The notes under the pieces: model-generated
Seen by the model: the letters and a program-made list of their open reading frames with translations, nothing else
What the model was told of the DNA's origin: nothing
The model's database searches: none
Source: Felis catus
Taxonomy: Eukaryota
Direction: 5' to 3'
Assembly (NCBI RefSeq): GCF_018350175.1
Contig: NC_058382.1
Location: 61,382,001 to 61,446,000 of the forward strand
DNA: 64,000 nucleotides
Shown here: positions 1-20,100 of the stretch, piece after piece
How the letters are laid out: every line of letters begins with the position of its first letter
Position numbering within the stretch: the first letter of the stretch is position 1
Made by a program: the position numbers and the translations under genes

Positions 1-314
1 CCAGGGGTTCCCCCAGGAGAGAGGATGTGAGAAATCACTGGTGGGCAGAGGAGGCTGAGGTGAGATCATGGAAGGGCTCAGTCTGGGTGATTCTGACCTG
101 GCTCCAGAGGTGGTGGGAAGGGAGGAGATGGAAGGCAAGGGCTGGGAAGAGAATAGAGGCAGCAAGGCCAGAGAGAGACTGTTAGAATTTGAAACTTGCC
201 ACATGTGCTTCCTGGACCCAAAGAGACATGCCCATTCGGCCCACCTACCAAAGTACTGCATTACAAAGGTGCATCAGGATACAGGCTCTCTGCTAGGACA
301 GGAACCCCTAAATA

Positions 315-595
315 TAGTGGCTTAAGTACAGGACTTTCTTTCTCCCTCCCCTAGCTTTCCAGAGAGAGGCAGCTGTTTTCCACGAGGTGGACTCAAGCTG
401 TCTGCCTTGTAGATCTACATCCACGTCATTCAAACCCCACCCTGCTTCAGGAGCAAAAAGGAGTGGGTGGCAACCAACTTCCTTTGACCGGGAAGTCCCT
501 TTGAGGCCTTGGTCCTTTCTGCTCACATCCCATTGGCCAAAATTGAGTCAAATGGACAGACCTAGCTGCAAGGGAGGCTGAGAAATCCAGCTACC
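315..595. mobile_element. Old MaLR (MLT1-like) LTR fragment
   Basis: ctgctcacatcccattggcca...acctagctgcaagggaggctgagaaat resembles MLT1J/K-type consensus as recalled; not run against Dfam. Confidence 0.55.
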
Positions 596-819
596 AACAG
601 GTTGGCCTCACGCCACTGGACAGTGTTTCCTAACTAGAAAAAGTACAGCGTGGATGTTGGGGATGGCTCGTCTCTGCCACAGATGAGTTTCCACTGCGTT
701 TGATAGATAGATGCTTTGTGAGGATCTAGGAGCTTTGTCCATCTCCAAAGCATAATTTAGACCAATGCTGCTCACTATTCCTCTTGCGATTGTGGAAATG
801 TTGCTTTCTGACTCGTCCA

Positions 820-930
820 GTGTGGTTACCGTGAGCCACATAGCAGTGTGGAGCACGACACACATGGCAAGTGAGGAAATGAAATACTAATTTTAATTAA
901 TTTTAACCATCCATGGCCAGTGGTTATTGT
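820..930. mobile_element. MER3/MER33-like DNA transposon remnant
   Basis: tgtggttaccgtgagccacatag...acatggcaagtgaggaaatgaaat...ttaattaatttta...tggccagtggttattgt pattern, recalled similarity only. Confidence 0.4.
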
Positions 931-1182
931 TTCCAGGCAGCCTACATCTGGACCGTGGGATTGGAAGGGAACAGGCTATCTGTGATGATGCATTCGAGGT
1001 GCCTGCTCACCCAGTAACATCGTCCCCCTTTGCTCACTTGAAAAGCCCAAGTGCGTGGTTGTCTTTCTGTTTGGTGAGCAAGACACGAGTAAGCTCCCTG
1101 GTACAAATTAAATGTGAAATGTCCACCTTTAGTTGTTCGTTAGCTGGCCAATCCCTGCACTGCCAGCACCTCTGTCTTTCAG

Positions 1183-9648
<8,466 letters not shown>

Positions 9649-10211
9649 CCGTGACCGGCGGGAGGCCTCTGCAGTCCGGGCTGACGACGCTGCTAGGATC
9701 CGGCTCGCCCTTTGACTGACACTGACCAGCTGCTCCAGCTGACTGCACTCCCTTCTCCAGAAGAGCAGGGTGGGTGCACCCGAGAAGGGCCTGACACTCA
9801 GTCTGGGCACCCGTGGCCCCGCCCACAGCCGGCCCTCTACAGCTGCGCAGAAGCTCAGGCCCTCACTTCCCAAGAGCAAAGGGCCGCTGGGCCCATCTCA
9901 GTGGGTGTTGCTAGCGTGGGATGGGCAGACCCCCCCACATGGTTGCCTGCATCCCGTCCTGGGCCCCAGGGTCTGTCTGAGGCTCTGGTAAGCCTCCCCC
10001 TCCCCCCCCGCCCCGCCCCAGCGGCAGGGCTGGTGACACTCAGATGGGAAGGAGGGGTCGGGTGTGGGTCACATCCCGCCTGATGGACTGGGGTCTGGGC
10101 CCTGTCCCTGCCCCCACACTGAGGCCCAGACGGGAAGGGGCACGAGTGGGTGCTAACAGAAGCTCAGAGAGATGAAAGTTTTTCTAACAGACGTGAACAG
10201 GTTCAATGTCC

Positions 10212-10217
10212 TTTAAT
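10212..10217 (-). terminator. Probable SPATA2L polyadenylation signal ATTAAA
   Basis: tttaat on plus = ATTAAA on minus, ~1.1 kb downstream of the SPATA2L stop. Confidence 0.65.
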
Positions 10218-11303
10218 GAACTTTGGGTTCTGACTCATGATGTGAAGGTGGTTCTCTGAGTGCTGGGAAGGAGAGGTGGGACAGACAGACGGGCAGAGTG
10301 CCTGGTGAGGAGGGGCCAGCACAGAAACAGGCACCTGTCCCCTCCAGTCCTGTGGGTTAGTATGTTCTGGGACCCCTCCCCCCCAGGAAAAGGGGTTCCG
10401 CCTGCCTGCGCCTTGAGAGTCTGTCTGAGCAGGTGGCTACTCAAGAGCCTGGACCCCATCTTTACCACTGGGCCCGGGGTGAATGATCAGGTGGGAAGCC
10501 TGTGCAGCAGAGAGCCCCAGCAAGGTGGCTTATGGGGTGCTGATTGCCCAGAAGCCCCATGTTCCACCTGGAAGCGAGCGACACAGCCTGTCCAGGCCCC
10601 ACTTGCTGCCTGCCTCCCTGCTCTCTGGACTCCTCGGGTGCCTGCACGCTCTGCTGTGAGATCGGATCGTTTCTCTTCCACGTGTGGGCCCAACTTCCCA
10701 GCCCAGCGCTGACCAGGGCACGTGGGTTCATCTCGGGCCGGCCCTCGGCTCCTTCCGTCGGCAAGAGGCTAGGTGAGCCACGTACCTGGCAGAGCCCCCG
10801 GGCTGGTCACGGTGGTGCTCAGTGGCCCACGGTGTCACCTGCGGGCCTCCAAGGACACCCCTGTGAGGAGAATCTCCCTTGGACGCTCAGAGGGAGGCAA
10901 CATGTCCTGAACCACAACTTACAGGGATAGGTCAAGAGCTACAGGCTGGGTGCTGGGCCCCTCCAGTGGGTTGGGGGAGGGGTGAAAGAGGAGGGAGAGG
11001 GCCCTTTGTGGGAGTGGGCATGGTGGTGAGACGTGGACACAAACTAGACTCCACCCAGCACGTTGGGACATAGTCTGGAACACTGGGAGCAGGGGGTGGG
11101 GAGCCGGCCAGCCCCAGGCAAGAGCTTTCCATGGAAGGCAGGAGCCCATCTCCTGCTTTGTGAGGCCTGGATTCCCCCACCCTGCTGCGCCCAGGAGTCC
11201 CCGGGGGGCAGGGTGGCCAGGGCTCAGGCCTGAGGAGTGATGAGGCCCAGAGAAGCACCACGGAAACTCTCTGGAAAGCACTTGACCCAGGGCCTGGCTG
11301 GGC

Positions 11304-14065
11304 CTAAGGTCGGGCCCCGGGCCCATCATAGAGGAGGGTGTCCACCTGTGCACGCTGCAGCCAGAGGCGCTGCTGGGTGTCACCGAGCAGCACACGAAGT
11401 GCGTGACCTAGACGGCAGGCGGGCAGGGTGGCACAGTGCGGGGCGTGCAGTTGGCGGCACGTGTCACAGCAGAGGGTGGGCAGGGCACCGGGAGCCAGGC
11501 AGCCGTGTGCTTGGTAGCCAGGGGGTGGGGGGCTGGGCCCGTACCCACGCTGGGGGCTGGCCCGCCCCGACCTCCCTGCGTCTCCAGGCCTGCTTAGCAG
11601 CTCTTGGCGCAGCGACAGGAAGGAGAAGGCGTCCGGCTCTGGCTCCGGCTCCTCCTTCAAGGCCCCGTACGGCGGGCTGCCGGCCTGCGGCAGCACCTCA
11701 GCCTCCCCTAGTGGCTCCCAGGCCCCTCCCCTGGCACCCCACAGTTTGGCGCTCTGTCCCCAGAGTGGAGGCCGGCAGGCCAGCTCTGGGGGAGGGGAGT
11801 CGGGGCCCGGCGAGGGCCCCCCGTACAGGCTGGCCTCCTCCGAGCCCTCGTCCTCCTGCAGGTCCCGGTATAGGTCCAGCTGCGTCTGGAACACGGTCGG
11901 GGAGCCCCGGGGGGGCAGAGGTGGCGGCTCCTCTTCCCGGGCCAGCCGCTGCTGCAGCCAGGCCACGCAGGAGGCCACATCCGCGCTGGCCCGCCGGGCC
12001 TGCAGCAGCTCCTCCGCTGGCAGCACGCTGGTCCCCAGCTGGGCCAGCACCTCGCCCAGGATCTCACACTCCAGCCGCAGGGCAAAGCAGCCCAGGGCTA
12101 CCTGCACCAGCTGGCAGGCGGGTGGCAGGGCAGCCATCGTCAGGCGGTGGTTGTCCCTGGGCACGTAACCCATCTTCTGGAAGCTCTGGATGAGGAGGTC
12201 CTCCGAGAGGGCACCTTTCAGCACGTGCACGTAGCCCCCGGAGAAGGTCTGCGGAGGAGGGTCCCGGTCACCAGCAGCCCACACTCCCCTCCATTCTGGC
12301 CTTGGCCGGCTCCAGGGGCCACCAGCCTCACCCCAGAACCGGGGCAGTTTCGGGCTATGCTGACACGCCCATGGGAGGAGCTTCTCGGCAACGCGTGCTA
12401 GGGCCCGCCTCCCGAGACCCGCTTTAGTTGCTGGGGCCGGCGAGGGAAATAAATCTCACTTCCCTCGGGGTCTCCTCCACCTCCTGTCACCTCCGGGGCT
12501 TTGCTGAGATCTGGTCCTGCACAAATAGGGGTGCTTATCTGCCCTTCTGATCAGGTGGCCTCCCCAACACGTCCTGAACTCGCCTTTGCACTTGTCTTGG
12601 AGAGCCTTTCCCATGGAGACCGAGGCTTAGCCACGCGTTTTTTCCAGCTGTGCCTGCCACCACGTGGGTGCACCACCTGTACTGTGTGGAGGCTCCACTG
12701 TGCAGCTGGGCGGAGAGCCCGGGAACGCCAGACAGGAAAGTGCCTCCCGGGTCGCATTTTTTGAGGATGACGGTCATGTGGGTCTCCCGGTCCTAAAATT
12801 CTATCACTCTGGGATCCTGTCAGCATTCCTCTGCTTCTAGCTGAGGATGACACGTCCCGCAGACTGAGCACTACCGCGTGCAAGCATCGTACTCAGGGCT
12901 CACAACAGACCTGGGACTGGCTTATTCTTGTGTCCGCTTGACAGACAAGGAAACGGGTTCAGGGAGCTTAGGTAACCTGCACTAAGCCACACGGCCAAGA
13001 GGAAGTAGGACCAGACTGCAGCCAGGTCTGACCGACACTGAAGGGTGCCTCCCGCCCCGTTATCCGAATGTTAAAGCCCTTGAACTTCTGACCAGCAGGT
13101 GTCCCCATGAAGCAACAAAGCTCTAGAGCTCACCCCTTGAGAGAGGGGGGAGGGGCGGGGGAGACAGAAAAGCGGCCGCTGCCATGGCAACCGGCGGAGG
13201 TGGACTCGCCCACGTGCCCAATGACATCAGCACCTTCCTACTCTTCCAAATTAGCTTTGAGGGCCAAATGCCTGCCCCCTCAGCAGGCTGGCAGCTCACC
13301 TACGGGGTCAGGCCAGCCCTGGACACAGCCTCTGTACCTGAACGAGTGGTGGACTTAGTCCAGACCCCCAGGGTGTGCAGGGTCCCCAGCTCGTGCCTAC
13401 TTCATAGGAGATACACCCGCCCAACACTCCTCTATAAATGGGATCATGGAGGGATTAGAGTGATCATGGAACCTCAAGTTCCTCTCCTGCACCTGTCCTA
13501 GGATTTGTGCTACAGGAGCCGCGGGGCCACTTTGGGGAGAGCAGTGATTCCAGTTTTGAGGAGCAAGGATTCCGCCCCGCCCAACCCAGAAGGCAGGCAC
13601 CCAGGGTGGGTGGCCTCCACCCACACCATGTTTTCAGCCCTGCGAGTGTCCAGGGGGACCTTGGCCAAGAGCTGCCCCCAAGGCTTCCAGGATCCCCCAG
13701 GGAACTCTGACCTCGGCACAGAGCATCCTGGGTAGGGGAGCCCTCTCGGCCCAGTGCCCTACCTTGATGGTGGTGAACTCCTTCCTCCAGGGTAGCAGGT
13801 ACAGGTGCACGGCGGCCAACTCCAGCAGCTCGAAGGCGCGGGCCAGGCCGCGCAGCGCGGGGGCCAGGTCGGCGCGGCCCCACAGGCCGTCTGTGAGCAG
13901 CGCCAGCGCGTCGTCCTGCAGCGCCCCGTGCAGGTCGAAGTCTTCAACCAGGATCTGCCACAGCACCGCGCGCAGCGATGGGTCCCCGCACACGCCCGCG
14001 CGGCCGCGCCGCAGCTCACGCTCCAGGCACAGGCGGTAGTCCTCGGACAGCGAGCTGCTGCCCAT
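11304..14065 (-). CDS. SPATA2L: Spermatogenesis-associated protein 2-like (N-terminal PUB-like domain), 415 aa
   Basis: Two coding exons: 14065-13763 (MGSSSLSEDYRLCLERELRRGRAGVCGDPSLRAVLWQILVEDFDLHG...LLPWRKEFTTIK) and 12248-11304 (TFSGGYVHVLKGALSEDLL...LWLQRAQVDTLLYDGPGARP*), joined by a phase-0 GT-AG intron. An acceptor CAG lies 1 nt before the ATG. Position between CDK10 and VPS9D1 is syntenic. Confidence 0.96.
12890..13040. mobile_element. MIR SINE remnant
   Basis: acagacaaggaaacgggttcagggagcttaggtaacctgcactaagccacacggc...ccaggtctgac matches the MIR core pattern. Confidence 0.65.
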
Positions 14066-14720
14066 TCTGGCGGGCGGGGGTCGCGTGTCAGGAACCAGAG
14101 ACCTCTCCCCGCCAGTTGTGCGCCCCCCAGAGCCTCCACCCAGCATCCACATGGTCCCCCCGCAGCCCGGCGACCTCGTCAGCTGAGCGGACCCCAGGGC
14201 CTACAGCACCCCGCCAGCTGCGTCCCCGCTCCCGAACAGAGAGACCCCGCCTCGCCCACCAGGGAGTGCTGCGGACCCCGCGAGCGGCCGCACTACCTGC
14301 GGGTCCCCACCTCTCGGCTCGGAGCTCTTCCGCCGCCTGCGGCTCCGCCCATCGGCCTCGGCCGTGACGCTCGGGGCGGGGCCTGCTCGGGGCACAGCCC
14401 CCTCTGCTAACACGGGCGGGGCCGAGCCGGGGGGCGGGGCCTTGTGCCGCCCAGCTGAGCACCTGCACCGCGCACCTGTACGGCCAGCTGCCCCCTCGCC
14501 TCCCGTCTACCCACGGCGCCGCCGGGGCCGTTGGTGCCCGACCCTGGGCCGGGGCTCGGGCGGGCACACGACGAACGGTGCGTCCCAGCAGCCGCTCCCT
14601 CTGAGCCAGGCGCTTGGAGCTTCGGCGCCCCTCGAGCGACCCAGCTCCGGCCCAGCGCTCAACCAGCGCACAAGGAGGTGAGCTTCGCCGTGGTTAGAAC
14701 AGCAGCCTCGGGTGGGCGGG
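13780..14720 (-). promoter_or_regulatory. CpG island/promoter of SPATA2L with GC boxes; probable non-coding exon 1 ending near 14297
   Basis: Dense CpG; GGGGCGGGG at 14373-14381 and 14431-14439; donor-like CAG|GTAGTG on minus at 14297/14296. Confidence 0.75.
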
Positions 14721-15689
14721 GCGGCCTCAGTTTCTCCGCGGGCTCACCTTCCTGGTGTGTGAGCACATCATCTGGGGGTCCCTGAGGCGGCGTGAAGGTC
14801 CCTTCCTGACTAGGCCAGCGTCGTTTCCAGGCCCCTGAGCCGAGGCCGGCGAAGCTCAGGTCTGATCCCGGCCACAACTCCCTGGGGACATTTTTTCTTG
14901 CTCTGCTTTGGGCTCCGCTCAGCGCCGAGGCCACTTGGGTGGACGAGGGATGGGAGAGATTTGGTCCTTGGGAGTCCCAGCTCAGCGCAGGGAAGGTCTT
15001 CGTAGACCTCCCTCCCTGGGCACCCTGCAGCTGGGTTTCTGGGCCCCTCGCCTCTCCAGGACACTTTTGTTGGCCCCGCCTGGGAAGACGTCTCTGAGTT
15101 TTCCCTCGGCAGTGCTCTGCAATATTGTTTTCAGATTCTTCAAATGGGACTTCTGGAAAAAACACGGTAATGAAGCGAGGGATCGATCTCCTTGAGCCAT
15201 TTTGCCGGCCACCACCCAACGTGGAGGTATTTCACTTACTGCGTACTGATCCCAACCATAGGGCCACGCCATGCCTGAGGGGACAGGTAGCTTCTGGTCA
15301 CCTTCTCCTGCTTATGTGCAGAAGGGTTGAGCTTAACCACTCTCTTCAGTTCATCGCTGAGTTCATAGTGGTCTTCGGATGCAAGGCCCCCCACGTTGCG
15401 TTCATCCAAGGCCACAGCCCCATCCCTAAAAGACGACTAGTGAGTGTGGTGAATGGGCGTCCTCAGTGCACCCTTGCACAGCCTGCAGGGCAGGACCTCC
15501 AGCTCTAAGTAGATGGTGTTCTGCCCTCTGCTTCTTTGAGTCTGCAGTCGGTGCTGTTTGGGATTCGTCTCTGTTGCTGTGTGCGACTCCAGGCGCTTGC
15601 TCTGTGCTGCTCTAGGGCATGTGGCTCTTCTCAATGTGACACTAGAATCAGGGTGGGTCTTTGCAGCTGCTTCCACACAGACTGGAAGT

Positions 15690-15950
15690 GACATTGTGTG
15701 GTTTCCCAGGTTGAGTCCTTAAAATACCTCGTTGTCTTGGAGCGTTCGCTCTTGGAATCCAGCCATCCATGGGGTAGCTGGCAGCCACATGGAGAGACCT
15801 CTCATGGGGCTGAATGTCTCCCCGTGTTCATGTCCACCTATAACCTGGGCATGTGAGCATATTTGGAAACAGGGTCTTTGCACGTGTCATCAAGTTAGGA
15901 TGAAGTCATGCTGGCTTAGGATGGACCCTAGACCCACAACTGGCCTCTGG
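15690..15950 (+). mobile_element. MaLR (MLT1-like) LTR fragments
   Basis: cgctcttggaatccagccatccatg...gccacatggagagacc and atttggaaacagggtctttgcacgtgtcatcaagttaggatgaagtcatgctggcttaggatggacccta resemble MLT1 consensus. Confidence 0.65.
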
Positions 15951-16439
15951 GGTGGCTGGGCCCAAACCACCTGCCTCAGCGGCACTCAGGTTGCCAGGAG
16001 ACCCTCTTCCCCTGGCAGATGCTGCCTGAAGCATCTGGGCTGGGCTCCCTGCTTTCTCTTCTTCAGAGGTGACACCTGTCACAACTCAGGGCACCCGTGT
16101 GCATTTCCCACCTGGAGAATGAAGAGGTTTTCCTGCGAGCCCTTCAGGCCAAGAGGTCCGGCCCAGGTCCTGTCCAGTGATGATGTCTGACTCTGCCCTG
16201 CCCGGCCCCCTAGGCCCTGCAGAGCGTGTCCTGTCCTAGAGGGTGCAGCCCTAGGGGGATCCCTCTTCTGCTCCCCCCTCCCCCCGCCCAGGGTCTGGGG
16301 TGGTAGAGCTCAGTGGGCTCTGTGACAGTCTGGCTCTTGCTGGTCAGCAGGGGAGGTGGTCGCCCTGCTTGGGCCTCCACACGACCAGTGGGAGGTATCA
16401 GTGAGAGAGACAGATGCAGAGAGAGACATCAGTGACCTC

Positions 16440-16445
16440 TTTATT
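16440..16445 (-). terminator. VPS9D1 polyadenylation signal AATAAA
   Basis: tttatt on plus, ~700 nt after the stop; followed on minus by TGTCTCTCTC, a GU/U-rich downstream element. Confidence 0.8.
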
Positions 16446-17144
16446 TCTGGCCGTGTCAGTGGCTGCCCGGGGCATGTAACAGAGCGGACGCTGCGCTGCA
16501 GGCAGGTGCTGACCCTCGGCTTCACGCAGACCCAGAAAGGGACGTGCGGGGCGGGAATCAGCCAGAGGCCCCAGGAGGTCCAATGCCTACTGCCGAGGGA
16601 GGGCCCAGCTCAGAGGCCCCAGACGCGGGCGGGCACCCTGGGGAGGCCTGGGCTACAGAGGAGAGGGGAGTGCTCAATGCCCCGTAAGTAAACAGTATAG
16701 CTTCAGACCACCTGGGCTCCAGGCCTTGGAGGCAGGGGATGGGGACGGCTCTCTCCTTGACCCCAACAAGAAACTGGCACCGGAAGCTGGCTGTCACAGG
16801 AGATGGGAAGGGAGAGAAAGCAGACCTGCCCTCTGCCAGGCCTACGGCTCCCTCCCTACCCTTGAGTGGCTGGGTCTGTGAGGGTGCACAGGCCCCAGGG
16901 GAGTCCACAGCTCTGGTTTCCCTGCACAAAAGTCAGGCTGAGGAAAGAGAAGGGCCTGGCTCCCAGGAGCTGATTCAGCTCAGATCTATCCTCTGAAGAG
17001 CACAGGGGCCTCCTCAAGGCCCTGGGGCAGACGTCCGGTCAGGGCACGAGTGAGAGCTGCAGAGCCCCGCCACAGCCGGCCTGCTGCCGTCCCCCCACCC
17101 AGAGCAGGTGACTCCTGGTGGTCCTCCGCAGGTCCTGTCCTGCT

Positions 17145-20100
17145 CTACTTGCCCAGGGCGCCCCGGGGCAGCAGCTCCACGTAGCTCAGGGCGCTCTGTA
17201 GTGACGTCAGGCAGTAACCCTCCTCTCCGATCAGGTACCTGCGTAGAGACAGGCACGGGTAGCTCCTGTTACCTTCAGGGGATGCAAAGAAGCCCCCAGC
17301 ACCTTGGACGGGGTGTCTGCCCTCGTGGGGCAGGACCTGGACACTAAGGTCGCACAGGGGTCTGTCATGGAGGCTGGGCTGGAGGACACACGCTGCTCAA
17401 GGGACGGACCCCCAGCCTGGGAGCAGGTGCCCAGTGCCCCGTGCTGGCCCGACTCCAGCTGGGGGCTCCTACCCCTCATGGATGAACTCCTCCAGGGCTG
17501 CGCATTCTGACACCAGCTGGGGGAGACCGCTTCTCAGCACCACGAAGGACAAGATGGGCAGCAGGTCGTCGGCACCGCTGTTGGGTAGAGGCACGGCTGG
17601 CCGGTAGGCTCCGGGGGCCATGATGGCTGCTCAGTCCCCATAACCCTGCAGCCCCCAGCTCGGCCTCTGGACTGGTCCTGGGCTTGCCGGCTGCTCTCCC
17701 TGCACCCCTCCTGCCCGCCTGCGTGGGGGAGTTGGGAGTAGACTCAGGTCAGCGGCACCGGCAGCCACTACAAGCGGCAACGCTGTCCCCAAATGGGGAC
17801 CCTGTGCTGCAGAGCCCATGGCTGGGTCAGCAGAGGCCCCCACAGCGGAGGTATCGGGTAGCCCCAACCTCACAGGCTCGCCCTGCAAGCCTGCCCACAC
17901 CTGGGGAACAGGCTAATGGAGGGGATGGCCCAGGTCCCAGGCAGCCTGCTTACTACACCTGGGATCGGAGCCAGGCGCGGCGATCCTCCGGAAGAGGCAT
18001 CTAAGGGAGCTGAAAAGGTGCCAAGGGAGGCCCTGCAGGACACACAACACCCGGGCCCAAGGGGCCCACGGGCGGCAATCTCTGGGAAGAGCATGAGAGC
18101 AGCCTGTGGCTTGAGTGTGACCCCCAGCCAGGAAGGCCTCACACACCATGAGCTCTGGCTTGCGGCCCCGCCTCCACCGCCCTGGGCACCACACTCCTGC
18201 AGAAACGCGGACAAACTACAACATGGCCCTCACTGGCTCCTCAGACGCACAGAGGAGACAGGTGACATGGGGCTGTAGCCCGGACTCAGAAACGCGGAGT
18301 CCTACAACTGTTTTGCCGACAGCTACTTCTGCAGCAGCCGCGTGGTGAACTGGCGAAGGGGTCTCCCCCACCCCGACCCAGAAGCTGAGGTCTTGTACCC
18401 GGCCCTGGGGTTGGTGGGGCTGCTGGTCCCAGGTGGGTCCAGGTGAGACTGAGACAGGACCAGGCGTCAGAGCCCCAGGTAGAGAAAACGCCTGCCCAGC
18501 CTCTGGACGGTGGGGACATAGATGATGCAGGAGCCCCAGGTCTGGGGGCTCAGCACAGAGAGCAAGCTCTTCATGGAGGCTGGAGCTGCCTCCCCAAAGC
18601 GTGCAGCTGAGGGACCGAGTCCGTGTTCCTGTGACAAACAATGCTAAATTGCACTAGATTAGCCAGGCGGTCCCTGACCCCTAAGTAACCTGCCCAGAGA
18701 GGCAGGAATGCATCACCCATGGGGGCTGCAGCCCCAAGCCCTCGGTGGAAATGGACACTCTCCTGGATAAGCCCTGCGAAGCTCACTGTAGCCCCAAGGA
18801 TGCTGGGGCCCAGGGGGGCCAGACACCAGGTGGGAAGCTGTGGTCCCGGTGCTCGGGGCAGGACGGGAGGGTTCTCTCTCCCCCCAGGCCTCTGCAGGCA
18901 GCCCCTCACTTGCTCACTGCCCCACCCCACCCCCACCCCGGGCTGTGGGCTTTTGGGACTCACATGGCTGCGGCACCAAGCTGGGGTCTGGCCTCAGACG
19001 CAGCCTCCTGGGCCCGGCAGTAACCCTCGGCACAGGCACAGATAACCCGCAGGACCCGCACTGTGGCCCAAAAGTGAGGCTTCAGGAGAGGGCCGAGGGG
19101 AGCCAGTCCCAGAACAACCCCCTGGCACCGGCCCCTCCCGGCACGAGTGGAGCTGGCAGAACTGGGAAGCTCCCGCCCGAAGATACTGCTCTCACACCGC
19201 TTCTGTCCTGTGAGACACACCCCCATTTTGACAGGAATAAGGTCTGCACTTCAGAGGCACACAGAGACCCCAGGTCACCCTCTGGGAAGGGACCTTATCC
19301 GACCACGTTCCCCCTCCTGTCCTCCCAAACTGCAGCCCCCTCACCGATGCACTCCAGCTTCTTCTGGGGGCAGCTCTCCAGAACCAGCAACCCCAGCTCC
19401 TGGGCTGCAGCACAGTAGGGGAAGGCACCGGCTCCTGTGGCCTCCAGGCCCCGGGGCAGGAGCTTCGTGGGAATGCCTATGGCCGTCGGGGGCGCGTTCC
19501 TGTAGAGCTCCATGCTCCTGCTCAGGGCGGCCTCCCGGAGGCGGTGCACGCTCCTGGGGCAGAGAGAGGCCAGGCTCAGCGGCCCGGGGGGCTCTGCCCC
19601 ACGGACAGAAGCGGGGCTAGGGAAAGCTCGCCGTGCCCAGAGTCACAGGTTCTTGCAAAGCAGAAACATCTAAGGATGGCCTCAGAGTAAAGCACCAGCT
19701 GGAAGCATGGTCAAAAGTGTGCCTCAGGGATCAACGAGTGGGGAAGGCCCCTGTGGGGGCCTGAAACTGGGATCATACCTGTAGAGTGCCAGCAGCAAGG
19801 GCCACAGTGGGGAGAAGAAAGGCTCCTCGATGCAGGCCAGGCATCGGTCCTTGGAGGCGGCCGCATTCAGGCCTTCGAAAGCCAGGAGAGTCAGCGAAAG
19901 CAGCCTGTCTGCCGGGAGCAGAGCCGGCACAATGGCACTGTGGGGACAGCCAGGCCCTCCGGCCCCAGGCTGGCAGCCCCTGGAGATCATCCCCAGCCAG
20001 CCCGGGGTGCCCAAGTGGGCCCCACACCTGTCATCCCCTCTCCCACCCTCCTAGAGCCAGCCGCAGTGTGGGCAGAGCCGCAGGGTTCTGGCTCAGTGGA

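Noticed and set aside
11237..12193. 318 aa plus-strand ORF
   Set aside because: Antisense shadow of the GC-rich SPATA2L exon; low-complexity Pro/Arg/Ala product.
14066..14152. Upstream ATG extending SPATA2L (MWMLGGG...)
   Set aside because: Lies in intron 1, upstream of the CAG acceptor at 14069-14067.
17740..17775. GAADL-encoding lookalike of the VPS9D1 GADDLLP exon start in intron 13
   Set aside because: Similarity is only ~15 nt in GC-rich DNA, with no proper acceptor or continued homology.
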